This document shows, piece after piece, positions 19,660-31,796 of a DNA stretch of 64,000 nucleotides. The notes below the pieces were generated by a model. That model did not search any database. It saw only the letters and a program-made list of their open reading frames with translations, and had not been told where the DNA came from. Location: positions 532,433 through 596,432 of the forward strand of contig CBDBQC010000003.1 in the NCBI GenBank assembly GCA_965209205.1. The letters are read 5' to 3'. Made by a program: the position numbers and the translations under genes. Position 1 is the stretch's first letter, and every line of letters begins with the position of its first letter. Origin of the DNA: Dehalococcoidia bacterium. GTDB lineage: Bacteria > Chloroflexota > Dehalococcoidia > Bin125.

Positions 19660-20838
19660 TCAGGGGGCCGGCGCGCGGGCCGTGTTGACCGCGCGGCCGG
19701 GGTCGAAGTGGGCCAGGGGATCGGGGACGTCCTCCTCGCGCAGCCAGGGCGCCGGGTCGACGGGGACGCCGCCGACCGTCAACTCCCAGTGCAGGTGGGA
19801 GCCCGTCGAGAGCCCGGTGTTGCCCACGCGGCCGATGGGGGCCCCGGCCGCGACCGCCGTGCCCGCCGTCGTGGCGACGCTGGCCAGATGCCAGTAGCTG
19901 CTGAACACGCCCTGCCCGTGGTCGATGATGACGCCGCGCCCGCGCCGCTCGGTTTCGCCGGTCCAGGCGACGACGCCCCCGTTCGCCGCGACGACCTCGG
20001 TCCCCCGCGGCGCGCCGAAGTCGAGGCCGCTGTGGTAGTCGCTGGCCTGCGCGCCGTTGTAGGCGCGCCGCACGCCGAAGCTGGAGGTGATCACGCCTTC
20101 GGTCGGCGCGCGGAAGGGACCGTCCCAGAGGCGCTGCGGGGAGTGCGCGCGCTGCACGGCCTGGCGCAGCGCGCGGTCCTCCGCGACGACGTCCGGGTCC
20201 AGCAGCCGCGACAGCGCCGGGGCGAGCTGCACGTGCTCGACGGGGGAGTCGGCGGCCTGCACGGCCAGTTGGATCAACTCCAGCAGGGCCAGGTGGCCGG
20301 CCGCGTCGGCGACCTCGACCTCGATGATCAGGCCGCCCGCCGGCTGCTCGAAGGGGACGGGCAGGATCGCGTAGAAGCGGTCGCCCTCGCGGGCCAGCGA
20401 CACCGCGCGCCCGTCCAGCGTCACCCAGGCCGCCGAGGCGTCCCTCGTGTCGATCGCGACGAGGAAGACGCCGCCCGGCCGCACCTGCCACGGCTCCACG
20501 AAGATCGTCACGCCATGGTCCGGCGCGGCGGGCGCGGCGGGGGGCGGCGGGTCCGCGGCGGTCTGGGCGACGGCGGGCTGGGCCGCGGGGGTCGGCGCGG
20601 CCTGCTCGCGGGCCTCCGCGGCAAGACCGGCGGCGGTCCCCCGCCGGGGCGCGTCGCCGGCGGGCGCGGCGGGCTGGGCTTGGGTGGCGGCCGCGACGGC
20701 GGCCGGGTCGGCGCGGCCCGCTTCGTCGTCGAAGCAGGCGCTCAGCAGCAGCGCACTCAGTAATGCACTCAACACTGCACCCAACAGTGCGATGGGCGTG
20801 AGGCCGACGAGGCAGCGTGGGGGCACCGCTCCGCTCAT
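19660..20838 (-). CDS. M23 peptidase lipoprotein (tandem paralogue)
   Basis: LSAC lipobox; HSGLD, YWHL, GNTGLSTGSHLHWE; start uncertain (20838 or 20886). Confidence 0.92.
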   Translation of the reverse strand: MSGAVPPRCLVGLTPIALLGAVLSALLSALLLSACFDDEAGRADPAAVAAATQAQPAAPAGDAPRRGTAAGLAAEAREQAAPTPAAQPAVAQTAADPPPPAAPAAPDHGVTIFVEPWQVRPGGVFLVAIDTRDASAAWVTLDGRAVSLAREGDRFYAILPVPFEQPAGGLIIEVEVADAAGHLALLELIQLAVQAADSPVEHVQLAPALSRLLDPDVVAEDRALRQAVQRAHSPQRLWDGPFRAPTEGVITSSFGVRRAYNGAQASDYHSGLDFGAPRGTEVVAANGGVVAWTGETERRGRGVIIDHGQGVFSSYWHLASVATTAGTAVAAGAPIGRVGNTGLSTGSHLHWELTVGGVPVDPAPWLREEDVPDPLAHFDPGRAVNTARAPAP

Positions 20839-20984
20839 CCTTTGTCCGGCCGCCGAGATCAGGATAGATGTGTGGGACGTAGTCACAATTGCAGATCATC
20901 GCTTAGGGTCGCCGGGACCGCCGCGGCCGGCGGTGACTGCTATGCTCGGCTGCGCCCGCGGGCGCGGGGAGGCAGGGGGACCGG

Positions 20985-21941
<957 letters not shown>

Positions 21942-21948
21942 GCGCCCG

Positions 21949-23210
21949 ATGCGCCGGTACTACGGTGCGACGTTCGGTCGGCGGCGGTCCCTGACACTGG
22001 TCACGCTGCTGACGCTTATCGTCTTCGGCATCGGCTTCTCGACGAACTTCTGGCTGCCGCTGCGGCTGGGCTACTTGCTGGTGCTGGGCCTGCTCGCGGC
22101 CGCGACCTGGACCTGGCTCAGCAGTCGCGGGTTGCAGGTGCGCATGCGCCGCGACGCGGCGCGCGTCCAGGTCGGCCAGGCGATCACCGAGCAGCGCTGC
22201 AGATCAGCAACGCGTCGCGGCTGGGCAAGTTCTGGCTGGAGGTCGAGGAGGAGTCGGACCTTCCGGGCCACCACGCCGAGCACGTCGTCAGCCTGGGCGG
22301 ACGGGCCCGCCGCCAGTGGCGCGAGGACACCGAGTGCCGCCGCCGGGGGCTGTTCACGCTGGGGCCGGTGCACGTCCGCGTCAGCGACCCCTTCGACCTG
22401 TTCCACCGCCGCACCACCTTCGGGCGCCCGCAGCAGTTGCTCGTCTACCCGCGGGCGATGGAGCTGCCGCGCTACAGCGTGCCGCCCGCGAATCTGCCCG
22501 GCGAGGGGCGCTTCCGGCGCCGCACGCACTACGTCACGCCCAACGCCTCCGGGCTGCGCGAGTACGCCCCCGGCGACAGCGTCAATCGCATCCACTGGCC
22601 CAGCACGCTGCGCACCGGCCGCATGCAGGTGAAGACCTTTGAGCTGGACCCGGCCTCGCAGCTCTGGATCGTGCTCGACCTGAACCGCAGCGACCACGCG
22701 GGCGAGGGCGAGGAGGCGACCGTGGAGTACGCGGTCACCGCCGCGGCCTCCATCGCGCGGCTGTTCCTGGCCCAGAACCGCTCGGTGGGCATGATGATGT
22801 TCTCCGACCGCTTCCGCCTGATCGAGGCCGACCGCGGCAGCCAGCACCTGACGCGCATGCTGGAGGACCTGGCGGTGGCGCAGCCCGTCGGCGACGTGCC
22901 CATCTCCACCTTGCTCGCCCAGCAGTCGCCCCGCTGGGGGCGGCACACGACGGTGATCGTGATCACGCCGGCGAGCGATCGGCGCGCGCGCGACGGCATC
23001 CGCGCGCTCACGCAGCGGGGCGTGCAGGTGGCGGCGGTGCTGATCGACGCGGCGTCGTTCGGCGGCCGCGCCGGCGGGGAAGAGGCGTGGCGCACGCTGC
23101 GCGCCTTCGGCGTGCAGACGAACCTGGTGGCGCGCGGCGACTTCCTCGCCGAGGCGCTCGACGCCGCGCAGGGCGCGCCGGGCCGCGCCGCCGTGGGGGC
23201 GCGCACATGA
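21949..23210 (+). CDS. DUF58 protein, frameshift near 22195
   Basis: N-terminal TMs in frame 21949; RRGLF, DPFDLF, LVYPR, LREYAPGDSVNRIHWPST in frame 22368..23210. Confidence 0.88.
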
Positions 23211-25901
23211 CCACGCGTTCGACAGCGGCCAACCTCTCGCCGGCGGCGCTGATCCGGGGCGCCGTCGCGCCCGAGCAGCAGCAGACGACGCAGCAGAGCC
23301 GCACCTGGCGGGCGATGGAGTCGGCGATCACGCTGGGCATCCTGCTGCTGGTGATCATCGCCGTATCCGATTCGATCGCCGCGGCGAACTGGGTCGAGGG
23401 CATGCCGGACGTGCGCGTCACGGCGCTGCTGGCGCTGGGGGTGGCGCTGGGGCTGTCAAGGCACGTCGTGCCCTGGGCCGTGGCCTACGCGGGCAGCGTG
23501 GGGCTGGGCGTGGTGGTCGTCTGCTGGCAGCTGCTGCGCATGGAGCACTTCACCGGGCAGATCTGGTTCTGGGAGCGCTTCATCGACCTGCGCTTCCGGC
23601 TGGAGGACTGGTTCACGCAGGCCTTCAACGACGGCATCACGACGGACAACGTGCCGTTCGTGTTCTTCATCGTCGTCGCCGTCTGGCTGGCGACCTGCCC
23701 CCGCCACGCTGATCGTGCTGCGGCGCCGCAACCCCTGGCCGCTGCTCATCCTGCTGGGCACGCTGCTGGCCGTGAACGTCAGCTACCTGGGCGGCCGGCA
23801 GTGGGATATCCACTTCGGCTTCTTCGTGGCGGGGGCGGCGCTGCTGGTCATGCGCACCGGCCTGCTCTCGCGCATGACCGAGTGGCGCAGCCGCGGCACG
23901 CGCTTCCCCCGACTTCATCAGCCTCAGCTTCCTGGGGGTCACGCTGCTGGCCGTGCTGGGCATGATGGTCGTCACTCGGGCCTTGCCGCGCCCCGACCGC
24001 GCCGAGCCGCTGACGGCGCTCTGGGGCGGGATCACGGAACCGTTCGACGAACTGAGCCTGGACATGGAGCGCCTCTTCGGCGGGATCGACTCCAAGCGCG
24101 GCGCGCCGATCCACAGCTTCGGATCGAACTTCGTCCTGCAGGGCGACATCACCCGGGGCAGGGCATCATCGTGCGCGTCGACGCGCCCGAGGCCGGGCTG
24201 CTGCGCGGCGCCAGCTACGACCGCTACACGACGCGCGGCTGGCAGCAGAGCGCGGTGGTGACGACGAAGCCGGAGCCCCAGCGCTCCTTCAGCGGCGACG
24301 ACGACAGCGTGTACGACTCGCGCCGGGAGGTCGCCGTGCGCCTGTCGGTCGAGCAGTCGGCGCGGGTGCTGTTCACCTTCGGCCAGCCCCGGGCGATCAG
24401 CCGCGAGGTCGCGATCGACCAGACGGCGCCGGGCGCCGTGCGCCTCGACATCGCGGACGCCGGGGGGCGCGTGCCGAGCGAGCTGGCCGGGGTGGCGGAA
24501 GAGATCGCGGCCGCCGAGGACGCCGGTGAGTCGTTCTCGGCCGAGCTGATCCCCGAGGGCTGGGTGCCGGTGGGATCGGAGGTCGGCGACGATGGCGAGC
24601 TCCTGGCGCTGGAGTTGGAGAGCCGGCCCGCGGAGCCCGACGTGCTGCGGGTGCACCCGTCGGAGCCCATTCACCCCGGGTTCACCTACGAGGTCACGGG
24701 CTCCGTCTCGACGGCGGGGGTGGAGGATCTGCAGGACTCGAGCGGCGACTACCCGTTCTGGGTGCTGCAGCGCTATCTGCAACTGCCCGCCGACCTGGAC
24801 GACGCCAGCCGGGACCGGCTGCGGAGCCTGGCGGTCAGCGTCGTCCGGGGGGCCGAGTCGCCCTACGACGCCGCGGCCGCCATCGAGGGCTATCTGTGCT
24901 GCACGCCGCTGCGCGGCGAGGGCGGCGAGGTGCTGCTGGATCCCGACGGGGCGCCGCGGCTGCTGTACCCCTTCACGCGGGATGTGGCGCTGCCGCCGCT
25001 GCGCACCGACGCCGTGACCTGGTGGCTGTTCGACAACCTGGATCCCGACGGGCTGCACGTGGGCGGCTACTACGACTACCACGCCAGCGCCATGGCGGTG
25101 CTGCTGCGCACGCTGGGGATTCCCGCCCGCGTGAGTACCGGCTACGTGCTGGCGGAGGACAACTTCGATCCGCGCACCGGGACCTACATCGTGCGGGGGC
25201 AGCACGCCTATAGCTGGGTGGAGGTGTTCTTCCCCGAGTACGGCTGGGTGGACTTCGACCCCACGCCGCCGGTCGTCACGGAGGGCTTCGCGGAAATCGC
25301 GGGGCAGCGCATCGCGGAGCAGCGCCTGCGCCCGTTCGCCTCCGACCTGCTGAACGACTCCGGTCTGATCAACGACCCCCTGCTGAACCCGTTCGACGAG
25401 TTCCTCTCGCTGCAGGAGCTCGGCGATCAGTTCGACCAGGAGGGTTTCGAGCGCGACACGGGCTTCAATCCCTGGTCCTGGTGGGTGCTCCTGCCCGTGG
25501 CCGCCGCGCTGGCGCTGCTGGCGGCGGGCGGCGGCTGGGCGGCGGCCTGGCAGTTCTCGCTGCGCGGGCAGACGCCGGTGGAGCGGCTCTGGACGTCGAC
25601 GCAGCGGTTGTCGCGCTGGGGCGGCCTGCGAGTCGATCCGGCCAACACGCCGCGGGAGTACGCGGCCGCGCTGGGCGCCGCCGTGCGGGATCCGGAGGCC
25701 TCGCGCCGCCTGGCCGACACCTACACGCGGGAGCGCTTCTCGGCCGGGGCGCTGCCCGAGTCCCACTACGCGCAGGCGCTGGGCGCATGGCGGCTGCTGC
25801 GCGGCCGGCTGCTGCGTCGCGTCTTCCGGCTGCCGATGCCCGCCACGCCCGGCGGGACGGCGCCCCCCGACCCTCCCGCCCCGCCCGCGCCGGCCGACTG
25901 A
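23207..25901 (+). CDS. Membrane transglutaminase-like protein (TgpA type), three frameshifts (~23701, ~23910, ~24153)
   Basis: Multi-TM N-terminus, YDRYT, ASAMAVLLRTLGIPARVSTGY, WVEVFFPEYGWVDFDPTP, C-terminal TPREYA. ATGA overlap with the DUF58 gene. Confidence 0.88.
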
Positions 25902-25911
25902 CGCCGGCCGG

Positions 25912-27774
25912 CTAGTAGTCGTCCTGGCCGGCGACCTCGACGTCGAGGAGTCCCGACGCCGACCGGCGGGCCTCCTCGACGGCGCGCAGGGCCTCAAGGA
26001 TCGCGAGGGCCGCCTCGGGGCTGGGGTTGTTGCGGTCGAAGGCCTGGATCGCGTCGCGCAGGGCCTCCCGGGCGGGCGTCAAGCCGATGCCCGGCTCATC
26101 CGCGCCCGGCACCGCGGCGCGCCCCGCCGGCCGGCCGGGCGCCGTGTCGACGGGGGGGTCGCCGCCGCCGCCCGGCCCGGCCCCCGCGCCGCCCTCGGCG
26201 CCGCCGCCGCCCTCGTCACCGCCGGCGCCTCCCGGCGCGCCGTCGTCCTCCGGCGGCGGCGCGAGAGCCGCCAGCAGCGTGTTGACGATCTCCAGGTTCA
26301 GCTTGGCGTCGGCGTCCGCCGGGACGAGCAGCAGCGTCTCGATGTAGGCGCTGCGCGCCGCCACCAGGTCGCCCCGCTCGAACTGGTGGACGCCCAACTG
26401 GTAGTAGGCGCGGGCGGCGAGGGCGTCGTCGTCGCCGGTGAGGGCGCGGCGCGTGGCGACGATGGCGGCCTCGTACTCGCCGAGGGCGTGCAGCGCGCGT
26501 CCCAGGTTCAGGGCCAGCCGCGGGTCGCCGGGCGCCGCCGCGAGCGCTTCGCGGTAGGCGGCGGCGGCGTCGGCGAAGCGGCCCTCGTCGAAGGCGGCGG
26601 TCCCGGCCGCGTTGCGCTCGGCCGCGGGGTCGCCGCAGGACACGGCCGCCAGCGCGACGAGCGGCAGCAGCCCGGCGAACAGGAGGCGGCGGCGCCGCGA
26701 CGGCGCTCGCGCCGCGCCCGCCGCCGCGCGCCGCGGGGCCCGCGCCGCGATCAGCGGCTCGATGAGCAGCAGCACCAGGGCCAGCGCGAGCGGGATCTGG
26801 AAGCGCTCGCGGGGTTGACGCTCGGTCGTGACCTGGAAGCGCGACGCCTCCAGCGCCTCGAAGTCGGCCGCGAGGTCGCTGAGTGCGCCCGGCTGGTCGA
26901 GCCGGACGAAGCGCCCCTCGCCGCGGTCGGCGAGCGCCGTCAGGGCGGCGCTGTCGAGCCGGGTGACGACGGGCTCGCCGGTGCGGGCGTCGATCTTGGG
27001 GACCGTTTGGGTGGTGTTGCGGTTGACCACCGGGATCGTCGCGCCGGTCTCGCTGCCGGCGCCGGCCGTGAAGATGTGGACGCCGGCGGCCGCCGCCACG
27101 CGCGCGGCGGCGAGCGCGTCGCCGCTGAGGCTCTCGCCGTCGCCGACCAGCAGGATCACGCGCGTCCGCGCGTGCGTGGTTTCCAGCAGCGCCAGCGACT
27201 GCGCGATCGCGGCCGCGACGTCCGTCCCGGGCGGCAGCAGCCGCTCGCCCGGCTGCATCGTGGCCATGATCTCGCGCGCGGTCTCCAGGTCGCGCGTGAG
27301 CGGGAAGCGGACCAGCGCCTCGCCGGCGTAGATGACGAGGCCGACGCGGTCGCCGGACATGCGGTCGAGCAGGCCCGCCAGCTCCCGCTGGGCGGCCTGC
27401 ATCCGATTGGGGGTGATGTCTTGCGCCGCCATGCTCAGCGACGCGTCGAGCGCGACGACCATCGCGACGCCCTGCTGCTCGAGCGCCCGCGTGCGCGCGC
27501 CGAACTGCGGCCGGGCGATCGTGATCGCCAGCAGCACGACGACCAGGCAGATCAGGCCGAACTTCCAGAGGCCGCGCCGCGGGTCGGCCCCGGCCAGGAT
27601 GCGTCCGCCGCCGCGGTCCAGCAGGCGCGTGACCATCCGGGCGCGCCAGCGCAGGATGCGCAGCGCAAGGCCGCCCGCCAGGATCCCGGCCAGCAGCAGC
27701 GCGAGCAGGGCGGGGTCGCCAAATTGCGCCAACGCGGGCACGGCGAGCGGGGGCAGCGGCGGGGGGAGGGTCAT
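25912..27774 (-). CDS. VWA + TPR membrane protein (BatB-BatC fusion-like)
   Basis: ARPQFG, LDASLSM (MIDAS), PLTRD, GTD, GDGE, then TPRs ending DAKLNLE. Confidence 0.9.
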   Translation of the reverse strand: MTLPPPLPPLAVPALAQFGDPALLALLLAGILAGGLALRILRWRARMVTRLLDRGGGRILAGADPRRGLWKFGLICLVVVLLAITIARPQFGARTRALEQQGVAMVVALDASLSMAAQDITPNRMQAAQRELAGLLDRMSGDRVGLVIYAGEALVRFPLTRDLETAREIMATMQPGERLLPPGTDVAAAIAQSLALLETTHARTRVILLVGDGESLSGDALAAARVAAAAGVHIFTAGAGSETGATIPVVNRNTTQTVPKIDARTGEPVVTRLDSAALTALADRGEGRFVRLDQPGALSDLAADFEALEASRFQVTTERQPRERFQIPLALALVLLLIEPLIAARAPRRAAAGAARAPSRRRRLLFAGLLPLVALAAVSCGDPAAERNAAGTAAFDEGRFADAAAAYREALAAAPGDPRLALNLGRALHALGEYEAAIVATRRALTGDDDALAARAYYQLGVHQFERGDLVAARSAYIETLLLVPADADAKLNLEIVNTLLAALAPPPEDDGAPGGAGGDEGGGGAEGGAGAGPGGGGDPPVDTAPGRPAGRAAVPGADEPGIGLTPAREALRDAIQAFDRNNPSPEAALAILEALRAVEEARRSASGLLDVEVAGQDDY

Positions 27775-28724
27775 GGCGCGCGCCTCCACCAGGTCGCGCG
27801 GCCCAGCAACTCGAGCAGGATGAGCGCGATCGCGGGGATCAGGAACCAGGGCATGCGCTCGCGGAAGACGGTGAACTCCTCCGTGTCGAGCCGGGCCCGC
27901 TCCAGGGCGTCGATGGCGGCGTAGGCGGCCTCCAGGTCGCCGGCCTCGGAGGCGCGGAAGTACTCGCCGCCGGTGCGGTCGGCGATGAAGCGCAGGGCGA
28001 TCTCATCGACGACGCCCTGGTAGGCGTCGGGATCGGCGATGGCGATGGTGTAGACGCGCACGCCCAGCGCCTCGGCGATGCCGGCCGCATCGACGGGGCG
28101 CACGGTGCGCACGTTGTCCTCCCCGTCGGTGAGCAGCACGACGATGCGGCTGGGCGCTTCCGAGTCGCGCAGCAACTCGACCGAACGCGCCAGCGCCAGG
28201 CCCACGGCGGTGCCGCCGGGCAGCAGGCCGGGGCGCATCGTGTTGGCGATCAGGCTGTCGATGGCTTGCAGGTCGAGCGTGGGCGGGCTGAGGACGAGCG
28301 TGCGGGACTCGAAGATGAGCAGCCCCACGCGGTCGTCGCCGCGCCGGGCGATGAAGTCGCGGGCGACGCGCCGGGCGGCGTCGAGCCGCTCCTCGGACCC
28401 GAGCATCTCCTGCGCCATGCTCAGCGAGGCGTCGATCGCCAGCACGATGTCGATGCCCTCGGCGGGGGTGCTGGCCTCGGCGTCGGCGGTCTGCGGGCGC
28501 GCCAGGGCGATGATGATCAGCGCCGCCGCGGCCAGTCGCAGGGTGGGCAGCCAGGGCAGCGTGCGGACCCGCCAGGAGCGCCCGCCGGCGCCGGCCGCGG
28601 GCAGCGCGGCCAGGCTGGGCAGACGCAGGCCGGCGGGATGGCGGCGGCCGTCGCGGCGCAGCAGCCAGACGAAGAGCGGCAGCAACGCCAGCAGGGCGAG
28701 GAGTTCGGGGTCGGCGAAGCGCAT
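27771..28724 (-). CDS. VWA domain protein BatA-like
   Basis: MRFADP, LARPQ, GIDIVLAIDASLSM, GTAVG, LLTDGEDN, TGGEYFRA. Confidence 0.93.
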   Translation of the reverse strand: MRFADPELLALLALLPLFVWLLRRDGRRHPAGLRLPSLAALPAAGAGGRSWRVRTLPWLPTLRLAAAALIIIALARPQTADAEASTPAEGIDIVLAIDASLSMAQEMLGSEERLDAARRVARDFIARRGDDRVGLLIFESRTLVLSPPTLDLQAIDSLIANTMRPGLLPGGTAVGLALARSVELLRDSEAPSRIVVLLTDGEDNVRTVRPVDAAGIAEALGVRVYTIAIADPDAYQGVVDEIALRFIADRTGGEYFRASEAGDLEAAYAAIDALERARLDTEEFTVFRERMPWFLIPAIALILLELLGRATWWRRAP

Positions 28725-29683
28725 CACTCCACCTCGCTCGTTGGGCTGACGGCGACGGGGCCGGCCCCCACGATGGCCTGCGCCAGGTCGAGGTAGCGGG
28801 CGACGCGGGCGGCGCTGGGCGTGGAGCCGGCGTAGGCGATGCCGTCGCAGGCCTGACAGAGGCTGCGCACGCGCTGCACCGTGCCCGCGTCGGCGCCGGC
28901 GCGGGCGAGCCGCTCGGCCAGCTCCGACGCCGTGAGATTGCGCGCCGGCAGGCCGTAGCGGGCGGCCAGATAGCCGCGCACGGCGGCGTTGATGCGGGCG
29001 CAGAACTCGTCGACGGCGTGGGGCAGCAGGCCGGCGTCGGCGATGGCGCGCAGGTCGCGGCCGGCCGTCGCGCCGGGGCCGGGCGCGGCGTCGGGCGCCG
29101 GGGCCGGCCGCCGCCGTCGCCAGACGACGCCCGCGCCGCCGACGACGAGCAGCGCCGCGATCGATCCGCCCAGCGCGACGGGCAGCACGGGGAACCCCGC
29201 CCCCGCGATCTCCTCGGCCGGCTTGAGGCCGCGCGGGACCGCCGATCCATCGGCGGGCAGCAGCGAGCGCACGGCGACGACCTGCGCGGGGGGCTGGATG
29301 GGCGTCGTCAGGCCGTCGCGGCGGTAGGAGAGCGCGGGCGGCGCCAGCGACAGCCGGCCGGTCGCGAAGGCGCGTGTCTCGTAGACCAGCGTGACCCGGG
29401 TGCGGCCGTCGGCCGTGTCACGCGTCACGACCGGCGCCGCCGGATCGAGGTCGCCCAGCGGCCCCTCGGGCGGCGGGACGAGCAGCTCGCCCCCGGACGG
29501 GTGGGTCACGACGACCGTCAGCTGTACGGGGTCGCCGATGGTGTCGCCCGCACGCTCCACCGCGACCGTGACGACGACGTCGGGCGGCAGCGGGGGCGGC
29601 GCTTGCGCGACGGCGGCGGGCGCGCCCGCTCCGAGCAAGGCGGCGAGTCCCGCGAGCGCGGCGACCAGCCTGCGGGCCCTCAT
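28724..29683 (-). CDS. Bat-operon exported protein with TM (DUF4381/BatD-like)
   Basis: Signal peptide, TIGDPV, TM, RGYLAARYG...TASEL; operon context. Confidence 0.75.
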   Translation of the reverse strand: MRARRLVAALAGLAALLGAGAPAAVAQAPPPLPPDVVVTVAVERAGDTIGDPVQLTVVVTHPSGGELLVPPPEGPLGDLDPAAPVVTRDTADGRTRVTLVYETRAFATGRLSLAPPALSYRRDGLTTPIQPPAQVVAVRSLLPADGSAVPRGLKPAEEIAGAGFPVLPVALGGSIAALLVVGGAGVVWRRRRPAPAPDAAPGPGATAGRDLRAIADAGLLPHAVDEFCARINAAVRGYLAARYGLPARNLTASELAERLARAGADAGTVQRVRSLCQACDGIAYAGSTPSAARVARYLDLAQAIVGAGPVAVSPTSEVE

Positions 29684-30625
29684 CGGCGCTGGGTCCGCCG
29701 GCGGAAGAGCCGCGCCAGGGCGGGGGCGGCGGGGGCGTCGCTGGGCAGCGACAGGTAGTCGGCGCCGGTCGCGCGGAGCAGCCGCCGGAGGGTCTGCGTG
29801 TGCCGGGCGTCGGCGCGGGCGAAGTCGTCGCCGATGGCAGCGGGGTCCACGGTGACGACGCGGCCCGACTCGGCGTCCTCGATCGTCAGCAGGCCGCCGG
29901 CGGGCAGCCGCGCCTGGGCCGGGTCGTGGACGTGCAGCGCCAGCACGTCGTGCGCGACGGCGAGGCGGCGCATGGCCGGCTGCCAGTCGCCGTCGCCCCC
30001 GGCCGCGCCCTGGAAATCCGAGATCACCGCCACGATTGCGCCGCCGCGCAGCGTGCGCGCGGCGTGCTCGAGCGCCGCGGCGAGGTCGCTGCCGGCGCCC
30101 TGCGGCTGCAAGTGCAACAGGTCGTGCAGCAGGCGCAGGACGTGCGGGCCGCCGCGGGCGGGCCGCAGCAGGTACTCGGTGCGGTCGCTGAAGGCGATCG
30201 CCCCCACGCGGTCGCGGCTGGCGGCGGCCGAGAAGCCCAGCAGCCCCGCCACCTCGATGGCGAAGCGCCGCACGCTGCGGCCCGTGGTCCCGAAGCCGGC
30301 CGAGCGGCTGACGTCGAGCACGATCAGCAGCGTGCGCTCGCGCTCCTCGACGAACTCCTTGACGTAGGGCGCGCCGCGGCGGGCGGTGACGTTCCAGTCG
30401 ATCAGGCGCACCTCGTCGCCGGGGGTGTAGGCGCGGATCGAGGCGAATTCCAGCCCGCGGCCGCGGAAGGCGCTGCGGAAGTCGCCGGCCATGCGCTCGC
30501 GCAGCGCCGTGCGGGCCCGGATCTCGATGTCGCGCACCTCGCGGCGGATGCGCGCCTCCGCCACGGCGGCATCCTCGGCCTCGCCCTGCAGGGCGGCGGG
30601 CGGGGAGAGCCAGCCCAGCAGCCGG

Positions 30626-30642
<17 letters not shown>
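29680..30642 (-). CDS. DUF58 protein
   Basis: SAFRGRGLEF, RAYTPGDEVRLIDWNVTAR, EERER, DVSRS, ISDF. Confidence 0.93.
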
Positions 30643-31720
<1,078 letters not shown>

Positions 31721-31796
31721 GCGTGCTCCCGGAGTGCGGAGGCCGTCGGTCCCGTGAGTGTAGCCGTCCCGCGCGACGCCGATCGCGCCGGCCGGG

